Of a DNA stretch of 9,190 nucleotides, positions 1 to 8,533 are shown in pieces. The notes below the pieces were generated by a model. The model did not search any database. It was not told the origin of the DNA and was given only the letters and a program-made list of their open reading frames with translations. This DNA comes from Tubiluchus corallicola (Eukaryota > Animalia > Priapulida). The stretch is taken from contig JAQGDQ010002204.1 of the NCBI GenBank assembly GCA_030141605.1, positions 1-9,190 on the forward strand, written 5' to 3'. The translations under genes and the position numbers were made by a program. Position 1 is the stretch's first letter; each line of letters opens with the position of its first letter.

Positions 1-149
1 CAAACATTTTTGTGTATAGACATTCATACATATAATATGTCGGCCAATAATTATTTTTGGAACAGAAATCAAAACTGGGAACCTGCCATAACAAAATTTT
101 ATTTAAACGCGAATCGCTGCAAATATCGGTTCTCGGTGATTATTTTTTC

Positions 150-283
150 AACCCTTTCCAATTTCCCTGAGTTTTCACCCCATATTCATAATTTTCCCCG
201 ACTGTTTACCAAAGTATCTTTTTCCCTGACTTTCCAGGATAGCCTGTATTATCAAGGATTTTCCCTGACCATGGGTACCCTTG
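150..283. mobile_element. Probable degenerate right end of a hAT-like DNA transposon/MITE
   Basis: Four copies of TTTCCC(T/C)GA(C/G) at 162-171, 193-202, 221-230 and 260-269 end in GGGTACCCTTG, close to a ...CCCTG hAT-type terminus. The matching left end is not in the window. Confidence 0.45.
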
Positions 284-649
284 ACTTAGTAAAAAATGAA
301 GTTTTTATTTTTTAATTTAGAGGAGCAAACTTCTGATCCAGCAATCAGATTTCTTACACTCTTTACAATAATTTACGGACCCAGTAAATTATTTCACAAG
401 CTGACCGCTAGTCGGCAGGCGGTCACTTTGTTTACATCACGTACATCAGTGTAACCACGTGTATATCTCTATGTATAAAAATATAGAATCAATTGTGTGG
501 AGTTATTTGAGTCAATTGCAGACAGTTTTTATATACTTTTGCATAGGAGCGGCCAGTACTTAGGCGTTTTTGGGACAGTTAGGTATCATGTATCCTTGAT
601 AGTTGGGTATTTTAAATTATGCATGAAACAAGGTAATTGATACAATTTG

Positions 650-744
650 TTGCTTCGCCCCGTTGCACCCCCATGGGGGCTTACACGGCCCCCAAACCCC
701 TGGCCTGTTTCAGAGCTTTTTGCAATTTGTCATTCTCATCCCTG
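650..744. mobile_element. Possible DNA-transposon remnant (GC-rich patch ending in a hAT-like terminus)
   Basis: GC-rich island GCTTCGCCCC...CCCCCATGGGGG...CCCCCAAACCCC in AT-rich DNA, ending TTCTCATCCCTG (reverse complement CAGGGATGAGAA). No partner TIR or TSD was found. Confidence 0.3.
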
Positions 745-777
745 GACACAACATAAAACATGCCAATTCATTGTGTT

Positions 778-849
778 CTATCATTTGACCTTTGATACCA
801 TGACCCCTATCATTTGACCTTTGATTGGTAACGTTGCAAAAGGTCAAAT
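778..849. repeat. 19-bp direct repeat plus a partial inverted copy
   Basis: CTATCATTTGACCTTTGAT at 778-796 and 807-825, and inverted core AAAGGTCAAAT at 839-849. Confidence 0.8.
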
Positions 850-1084
850 CTTGTCACCAGACACCCATGGCAATCAACCTTGCACTTTCACTAAAAGTGA
901 AAACTTATCCGTTCAATAAGGCAGCAAAAAAGTCAGGAAGTTGGACGAAAGAAGCCAACAGGAAGCTGATACCATTAGCAAACATTATGTGTAAGTGAAG
1001 CTGGACTCATAGAAATCAATTTATTATAGACTTGTTACACTGGACAAGAAAATGATTGAAGGAATATTCCTATACAGTAAAATA

Positions 1085-1557
1085 CAGTCAACCTCGGATA
1101 TAAGGGACACCTCCGGACTGGAAAAAACTGTCCCTTATAGTCGAAGTTGAGTCAAACCGAGGGTGTATCTAGACCTGTACTTACTTTTCTGTACTGTTAC
1201 CCATATTTTTATGGATTATTGCTGCACATTCAGTGCAAACGGTATGTAGGAAGCTTCTACAATGATGCGAGATGTATGTGACCGTGGAAACAGAGCTGTT
1301 TGAATGTCGAGTTTGCGAAAAATTGAGGTTAAAAATCGATCAATTTCACTTTGATCATAGGGTCCCCTTATATGTGAGGTAATTTACCTGGGTTTCTATT
1401 ACACGGGACCTGAAGATATCGTCCCTTATAACCGAAAGTCCCTTATATCCGAGTACCTTATATACGAAGATTTTCACATAGGAAAAACGTTACGAAAAAT
1501 CGGGACCGGTGTTGGTGGTCCCTTATAAAGCGAGTACCTTATAACCGAGGTTGACTG
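1085..1557. mobile_element. Non-autonomous Tc1/mariner (pogo/Tigger-like) MITE, 473 bp
   Basis: Left end CAGTCAACCTCGGATATAAGGGACAC versus reverse complement of right end CAGTCAACCTCGGTTATAAGGTACTC (first 13 bp perfect, 23/26 overall). TA flanks both sides (1083-1084, 1558-1559). Internal GTCCCTTATA/GTACCTTATA repeats are present and there is no transposase ORF. Confidence 0.92.
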
Positions 1558-1904
1558 TAATTAAAATCTGCAATTATTTAAATTGTTTTTGTTAGAATGT
1601 TGTTTAATTGCCAACCAACAACAATTCTAATTGTACAAAGTAAAGTGAGCTTAAATAACCTTACTACACGTATTAGTTGTTCATAGAATGTGTATGCGTA
1701 CGGCATTTTTGTATGTCGGTAACTACCGAGCGGTTTTGTATATTGTACTTGTAAAGTTAACGTACTATCCGTAAAATAATAATCTAGATATTTTCTAGTT
1801 ATAGTGAAGTATTTATTTAGCTAATGTATTTCAATTAAGATTTCTGTAATTTATCGGCCTACAAGTAGTAGCTTCATTTAAATATATTTACGAAAAAATC
1901 ATAG

Positions 1905-1956
1905 TCATCATCGTTGTCGTCGTCATCATCACCATCATCATCATCATCATCATCAT
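1905..1956 (+). repeat. Imperfect (TCA)n/(TCG)n trinucleotide microsatellite
   Basis: TCATCATCGTTGTCGTCGTCATCATCACCATCATCATC... On the minus strand it follows AATAAA (1968-1963), so it may be an old retroelement tail. Confidence 0.85.
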
Positions 1957-2474
1957 TTACTGTTTATTTATAAACAAATACTGAAAAAAGGCATTCATTA
2001 TTGCTTATGCAATGTAACATCTCTGTTTCAATATTTTGCAACTTAATAAGAGTGATTCTCATTGCCCGTGTCTCTGCTAGATCCAACATGGCAGCCAATG
2101 CATTGTTAACGGAACAGCATTTTTGATTAATTTATTATTAATAACATGAAATAATCCCAAACAACATTGGGAACACGCTGCAAATGTAATACAAACGATA
2201 GAAAAATTAATTATGCTACTCACAAAGCGAGACAAGCTAAATGATGAAAACCCATTTGGTCTAATGCAAAATAATAATGTGTATATTGAACAGAATGAAA
2301 GCAAACGCAATGGATCAGAAATTACATTGTAACTGGTGAATTGTACATTTGTGTTTCACAGTTACAGCATAAATCCAGTCCTAAGTTGTGTTATACAAGT
2401 ATTCAGTAAAATATGATTTTATTACACGATTCTGAACAGTATTATTGATATAGTAAGGAGGCGACGTAATCTAT

Positions 2475-2656
<182 letters not shown>

Positions 2657-3392
2657 GACAATAGAGATTACAGTCCATTTGATTAAGGCTTGTGTCATCG
2701 GAAAGTAGAAATGGGACTGCCCTGACCAATAAAAAAGTAAAAAATGCTGGGTACAGACGTGTAACAACAGTGTAGCGTATGTAATGAGGTATATAATAGG
2801 AATGATAAGATTTTACGATTGAAATCAAGTTTGGAAGTGCAGATAGTTGATTACCTGTGAATGGTAAACTTTATACACCAGATTTTTTAATCAAACAAAA
2901 AACCCAGTGTGGCACCACTAAATAATTGTGATTATAAATAAACATTTCATGCTATTTTAATGCGGTGCAAAGGCAATGGTCAACCGATTTCTATACCAAC
3001 TGACCAATAGCTGAAAAAGCACAATTTTCACAGAAACTGTTGCCCCGACTTATTAGTGCTTAAACAACAAAACTAGCCTAATCGAACAGTGGCAACATCA
3101 TAAGTATTTTACTGACTAATGCATAGAAAAAGCTGTTATCTAGCAGCAGCAGGAGCCCAAGTTTGCATTCACTCCACTAGATGACAGATGTACAATGAAA
3201 CACGTAATGACAGATACATGATTACCTCAGAAGAAGATGAAATAACTATGACTTGTTCACATTAGCTTAGCAGATGACAGAAGTATCATGGGATAAGAAC
3301 AAACACATGAACGTTACATGTTATTATCAATATGCTATTAACAATGACATCCAAGTGCTTTGCCAAGAAGAAAGTGCGAGACGTGTAATCAA

Positions 3393-3799
3393 TAGGGGTG
3401 AGCATTCTCTACCAGAAAGCGAATTCGAATCGAACCGAATTTGTGACTTTCGAATTCGAATCGAACCAAACTTCTGTGTTTCGAATTCGAACCGAATTCG
3501 AATTGGGATTGAACGATTTTCGAACAAGTTTTCGAACCACCAGTAAAAATTAGTCGTACAAAGATCATGCATATCACAAGATTTTGTTCTGCAATAAAAC
3601 GACTAGTAATTTCTTTAAAATTGTGTGCAGAAATCACAGCTAAATTATGCTAATTGCATGATGTTTCAATCGTTTTAGTGATCAGGAACATGTGTAATTG
3701 AAGTGCTGAATTATTCGAATCTATAGTTTTGGATTCGAATCAAGTTCGAACTAAAAAAACTCGTTCGAATCGAATTCGAGCGTTCGATGCTCACCCCTA
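3393..3799. mobile_element. Non-autonomous hAT-type MITE, 407 bp
   Basis: Perfect 13-bp TIR TAGGGGTGAGCAT / ATGCTCACCCCTA and exact 8-bp TSD GTAATCAA (3385-3392, 3800-3807). Subterminal clusters of the palindrome TTCGAA (12 counted) occur at both ends. Confidence 0.93.
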
Positions 3800-4146
3800 G
3801 TAATCAAGCTCTACATATTTCAATGGGTATTTCCTGTGTTTTTAATGTAGCACACCAATTTATTCAAAATCCAGCCAGGAAAGCAATTCAATAGTCGTAT
3901 GAAAAGATATTACATGCATCAAAATATTACATCGGTACAGATTCATCCTATTAAAGTGAGCAAGAAAACCAAGCTACAGTGAATGCACTGATAATTTTAA
4001 ACATTCAAGTCAAAATGCTACACACATTTAATTCACACTGTGTGCACGAAGACGTATGTGTATGAACAAAAGTGTGAATATTCCTTCTCTAATCATACTT
4101 TATCTGTCTTGAGTCCCCTATGAAAATTCACAGTCGATTTCGTCTT

Positions 4147-4426
4147 AATAACAACAACAACAATAATAATAATAATAATAATCTTTATTTAGTTGGCTTT
4201 TGGGTCAACAATTAACATTAGCTCAAAGAGCTATTATCGCCGACTGTAAATAACAACCTACAACTACATAACAGACTATTATTATTACCCCACTTTTACC
4301 CTAAATTCCACGCGTCAGGCAGGGGAACAGCAGGTACCATTTTTAAAGTCTTTGGTATGACCCGGCCGCTGGTTCGAACTCACGACCTCCCAGACGGAAA
4401 GCAGACGCATTACCACTAGACTAAAC
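4147..4426 (-). mobile_element. tRNA-derived SINE, probably MetaSINE-like
   Basis: Pol III A box TAGTCTAGTGG (4423-4413) and B box GAGTTCGAACC (4381-4371). The central segment GGTCATACCAAAGACTTTAAAAATGGTACCTGCTGTTCCCCTGCCTG resembles the Meta domain as I recall it. The 3' end is AATAAAG followed by an (ATT)n/(GTT)n tail. Candidate 6-bp TSD CGTCTT at 4141-4146 and 4427-4432. Confidence 0.85.
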
Positions 4427-4591
4427 CGTCTTCTTTTAAAACAGACAGAAGAAAGATCAGCTTGTTAAAGCCTCAGCACTAATATATTTAGCTTTGATCT
4501 ACGAGCATGCATACTCACAAACATACATGCAGAAACACTTTTACATTTTCTCAGTGTGAAAGAGCCAAGAAAATTGACTGACAATCCTTAC

Positions 4592-4648
4592 CTCTTAAAG
4601 CCTTAGCCAGGTTGATGTAAATATACACTTCACAAGAATGTCTCATAC
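4592..4648 (-). CDS. TRPT1: Next internal coding exon (57 bp, phase 1 to phase 1) of tRNA 2'-phosphotransferase 1
   Basis: tctttttatag|GT ATG AGA CAT TCT TGT GAA GTG TAT ATT TAC ATC AAC CTG GCT AAG GCT TTA AGA G|gtaagg gives (G)MRHSCEVYIYINLAKALR. It splices in frame to the 5431-5503 exon to rebuild the conserved SGMR motif and resembles recalled human GMRSHCEIAVFIDGPLALA. Confidence 0.93.
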
Positions 4649-4905
4649 CTATAAAAAGATTATGAAGTGTCAAACATGTCTTACTTTTGAAGACTACATT
4701 ACTAGCTGCAACAGCTGCAGATTATGTTAATGTAACTTGTTTGTATAAAAGTGGTGTAACGGCGTCGACAACAACACAATTTAATACGCAAATTGGATGT
4801 AAAAGCTGTGAATTTTATCTAATTTGTGCATTGAAAACTCTAATTCACAAGTGCTAAAGCTCCATAAGAGAAACACATGAAGCAGATTTGAGCTTTAGTC
4901 ACAGC

Positions 4906-4937
4906 GGTGGTGGTGGTGGTGGTGGGGGAGGGGGCGG
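4906..4937 (+). repeat. (GGT)6 microsatellite followed by G5-A-G5 tract
   Basis: GGTGGTGGTGGTGGTGGTGGGGGAGGGGGCGG, directly visible inside the TRPT1 intron. Confidence 0.8.
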
Positions 4938-4976
4938 CGTTTAAAACTGAAGAATGCAGAATTTTGATCGTAACAG

Positions 4977-5408
4977 ATATATATATATATATAATAATAA
5001 ATCTTTATTCAAGAAATGAACGTATATACAAAAAGGTGCCTCTTTTTGCAGGCTCAGATCAACAATTTAAATTTTCATATAACAAATCTTTTAAATATTT
5101 CCAGTTTCACATTATGTACAATGAATAACATATTATACTTAAATTAGATTTAATTTCAAACAATTCTCAAGTATTATACACACAAATTAACTTTACACAC
5201 CTACATAATTGATTTTTGCATACTCGAGCGGGCCTAAATTAACAATTACTTAGTATAAAATTATCTCTGATCAGGTTAGTAAAAGCTATTACTAAATTTT
5301 TATCAGATTGAAGCATAATATTACGCATATAATTGGCATCAGCTATTTCTATGAAACGCATTCTTTTTGTATTATCTATTTTATTACATCTGAATAAAAT
5401 GTGCTGAG
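4977..5408 (-). mobile_element. 5'-truncated non-LTR retrotransposon (LINE) 3' end: ORF2 C-terminus, 3' UTR and tail
   Basis: The minus frame encodes QHILFRC (5406-5386), resembling the HxLFxC half of the C-terminal CCHC motif of LINE ORF2 proteins, and stays open to a stop at 5239. An AT-rich UTR, a stem-loop (5027-5050), AATAAA (5009-5004) and a (TTA)/(TA)n tail follow. No TSD was found and boundaries are approximate. Confidence 0.6.
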
Positions 5409-5430
5409 AAAGGAGGACAAAATCACCTAC

Positions 5431-5503
5431 CACTTATCACTCCACTGTCACCAGGTTCTCCAGGAGCAAAATGAATGTGTTGCCTTTTCATACGTGATAA
5501 ACC
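5431..5503 (-). CDS. TRPT1: Internal coding exon (73 bp, phase 0 to phase 1) of tRNA 2'-phosphotransferase 1 (Tpt1/KptA family), NAD-binding lobe
   Basis: Minus strand reads catttcatttcag|GGT TTA TCA CGT ATG AAA AGG CAA CAC ATT CAT TTT...ATA AGT G|gtaggt, giving [24 protein letters not shown](G). It contains the Tpt1 GLxxxxRxH(I/V)H motif and resembles human TRPT1 as recalled (GLSCQGRTHIHLAPGLPGDPGIISG). Splice sites are canonical AG/GT. Confidence 0.95.
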
Positions 5504-6407
5504 CTGAAATGAAATGATACAAAGTTCATTACTGTAAACTTCTAACTGCATAAATTAGATAATAATAATATCTTTATAATTTTTTTTAGATATAACTAAA
5601 TATAGGCATAACTAAAAATCAGTCTTTTAGTCTTATTACAAAAAAGATCTGTAGGTATTCATTCATTTTTTCATCCATTATAATTTATTTTGACATTCAA
5701 TTCAATACATTATCAATACAAATACATGCAGTATAATGTATTTCATTACAATAACATAATTAATATCAAAAATTATAGTCGAGAAAACTGCCACAAGGTA
5801 CAAGCCACCAGGTAAAGTGTTAAGAACAAAAGAAAGTCTTAAGAATAAAAAAAATGAAAAAAATGTTTTTTCTTTTCAAGTGTTCATGGTCACTATGATT
5901 GTAATTACAGTAGCAATACACTATTAAGAAATTAGCTTTTGAAGAACATTACATCAGAAAATTAAATATTAATCGCTAAAGAAAAATTTCTGCCTAAAAC
6001 CCGCTACATAAAACCAGCATAAGGAACAAAAACAAATCTTATCAACTTTAGCTTTATTGTACTGTAAATGAAATATCTCAAAAATACCTAGTTACTTCAC
6101 TTATAAACTCCACTTTCAAATTTTTAGATTATTTCCATTACTTTTTTTCTTTCACAGTGTGGGACAATCTAACAAGCCCTGCTTTTTGATTGCCCGCAAC
6201 ACATTTACATTTGTATATATAGCAAACCTAAACTATGGTATATCTAAACTACTTATGTGCTCAAAGTAAACTGCATACAAATTTACTAAGTAACATACAA
6301 CAGCGATAATTCTCTTGTTTATCTTTCAACCCCACAGTGTTTTGAGAGTCAAGTTAGTATATTTGTAATGATGCTCTACATTACATTGTTTAGACACCAG
6401 TATTAAA

Positions 6408-6620
6408 GGAAGTAGCGATATCGCTATCTTTGTTTACCATAGGTTGACCTACGTCTAAAGACAGTTTAAATCATTTTTTCCAAAATTTGCTTCCTATTAA
6501 GTATCTTACTGTTTGTTATTCATTGAATTATTGATAACTTTTTGTTTCTTTTAATGTATTAATTGTGTATTTGTGTTGATGTGAAATAAATAAAGAATAA
6601 ACAATAAAAACAATAAACTG
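6408..6620 (+). mobile_element. Probable short retroposed insertion (LINE 3' UTR fragment) with a 10-bp TSD
   Basis: Direct repeat CAGTATTAAA at 6398-6407 and 6621-6630 brackets a T-rich segment ending in an A-rich tail with repeated AATAAA (about 6584-6618). Confidence 0.5.
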
Positions 6621-6653
6621 CAGTATTAAAAATAATTTAGTGTGAAATATTGC

Positions 6654-6987
6654 CTAAGCATATGGTTAAACTGTCATGCTTATCTACACAAACTACATGA
6701 CACTGGTGTACTATGTCTAAGCATATGGTTAAACTGTCATCTACACAAACTACATGACACTGGTGTACTATGTCTAAGCATATGGTTAAACTGTCATCTA
6801 CACAAACTACATGACACTTGTGCACTATGTCTAAGCATATGGTTAAACTGTCATCTACACAAACTACATGACACTTGTGTACTATGTCTAAGCATATGGT
6901 TAAACTGTCATCTACACAAACTACATGACACTTGTGTACTATGTCTAAGCATATGGTTAAACTGTCATCTACACAAACTACATGACA
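6654..6987 (-). repeat. 57-bp tandem repeat, inverted (left) arm, about 5.8 copies
   Basis: Reverse complement of the right-arm unit, with unit starts (CTAAGCAT) at 6654, 6717, 6774, 6831, 6888 and 6945. The first unit has a 6-bp insertion. Degenerate similarity extends left to about 6641. Confidence 0.97.
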
Positions 6988-6988
6988 G

Positions 6989-8533
6989 TATGCTTAGACA
7001 TAGTACACAAGTGTCATGTAGTTTGTGTAGATGACAGTTTAACCATATGCTTAGACATAGTACACAAGTGTCATGTAGTTTGTGTAGATGACAGTTTAAC
7101 CATATGCTTAGACATAGTGCACAAGTGTCATGTAGTTTGTGTAGATGACAGTTTAACCATATGCTTAGACTAGTAGCAAGTGTGTCATGTAGTTTGTGTA
7201 GATGACAGTTTAACCATATGCTTAGACATAGTACACAAGTGTCATGTAGTTTGTGTAGATGACAGTTTAACCATATGCTTAGACATAGTACACAAGTGTC
7301 ATGTAGTTTGTGTAGATGACAGTTTAACCATATGCTTAGACATAGTACACAAGTGTCATGTAGTTTGTGTAGATGACAGTTTAACCATATGCTTAGACAT
7401 AGTACACAAGTGTCATGTAGTTTGTGTAGATGACAGTTTAACCATATGCTTAGACATAGTACACAAGTGTCATGTAGTTTGTGTAGATGACAGTTTAACC
7501 ATATGCTTAGACATAGTACACAAGTGTCATGTAGTTTGTGTAGATGACAGTTTAACCATATGCTTAGACATAGTACACAAGTGTCATGTAGTTTGTGTAG
7601 ATGACAGTTTAACCATATGCTTAGACATAGTACACAAGTGTCATGTAGTTTGTGTAGATGACAGTTTAACCATATGCTTAGACATAGTACACAAGTGTCA
7701 TGTAGTTTGTGTAGATGACAGTTTAACCATATGCTTAGACATAGTACACAAGTGTCATGTAGTTTGTGTAGATGACAGTTTAACCATATGCTTAGACATA
7801 GTACACAAGTGTCATGTAGTTTGTGTAGATGACAGTTTAACCATATGCTTAGACATAGTACACAAGTGTCATGTAGTTTGTGTAGATGACAGTTTAACCA
7901 TATGCTTAGACATAGTACACAAGTGTCATGTAGTTTGTGTAGATGACAGTTTAACCATATGCTTAGACATAGTACACAAGTGTCATGTAGTTTGTGTAGA
8001 TGACAGTTTAACCATATGCTTAGACATAGTACACAAGTGTCATGTAGTTTGTGTAGATGACAGTTTAACCATATGCTTAGACATAGTACACAAGTGTCAT
8101 GTAGTTTGTGTAGATGACAGTTTAACCATATGCTTAGACATAGTGCACAAGTGTCATGTAGTTTGTGTAGATGACAGTTTAACCATATGCTTAGACATAG
8201 TGCACAAGTGTCATGTAGTTTGTGTAGATGACAGTTTAACCATATGCTTAGACATAGTACACAAGTGTCATGTAGTTTGTGTAGATGACAGTTTAACCAT
8301 ATGCTTAGACATAGTACACAAGTGTCATGTAGTTTGTGTAGATGACAGTTTAACCATATGCTTAGACATAGTGCACAAGTGTCATGTAGTTTGTGTAGAT
8401 GACAGTTTAACCATATGCTTAGACATAGTACACAAGTGTCATGTAGTTTGTGTAGATGACAGTTTAACCATATGCTTAGACATAGTACACAAGTGTCATG
8501 TAGTTTGTGTAGATGACAGTTTAACCATATGCT
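6989..8533 (+). repeat. 57-bp tandem repeat (minisatellite/satellite), forward (right) arm, about 27 copies
   Basis: Unit GACATAGTACACAAGTGTCATGTAGTTTGTGTAGATGACAGTTTAACCATATGCTTA. Copies are near-identical apart from an A>G variant at 7119, 8145, 8202 and 8373 and one irregular unit at about 7171-7184. Confidence 0.98.

Larger units (their letters stand above)
4649..5430 (-). other. TRPT1: GT-AG intron (782 bp) between the two TRPT1 exons
   Basis: GTAGGT donor at 5430-5425, TCTTTTTATAG acceptor ending at 4649, and compatible phases. Confidence 0.9.

Noticed and set aside
921-996. Candidate plus-strand exon ending at GTAAGT (KKVRKLDERSQQEADTISKHY)
   Set aside because: Weak acceptor, no recognisable homology and no partner exons.
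2855-3010. Candidate minus-strand exon (tttttcag acceptor, AG/gtaatc donor)
   Set aside because: Stop codons in all three frames and no similarity to TRPT1 or COG5.
3274-3637. ORFs with RIRIE/FEFES repeats
   Set aside because: Translations of the TTCGAA-rich subterminal region of the hAT MITE.
3424-3769. Heat-shock elements in the GAA/TTC-rich MITE
   Set aside because: HSEs need nGAAnnTTCn spacing. Here GAA and TTC mostly abut directly (GAATTC, TTCGAA).
4355-4430. Functional tRNA gene
   Set aside because: A and B boxes are present, but I could not form a convincing acceptor stem, and the sequence continues into a SINE body and tail.
4592-4648. Link between the 57-bp TRPT1 exon and the 57-bp satellite unit
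   Set aside because: Same length only, with no sequence similarity.
4906-4937. Functional G-quadruplex
   Set aside because: Only two runs of three or more G plus GG repeats, so at most a weak two-tier structure with no evidence of function.
6654-8533. CRISPR array
   Set aside because: The units are contiguous and near-identical with no unique spacers. There are no cas genes and the context is eukaryotic.
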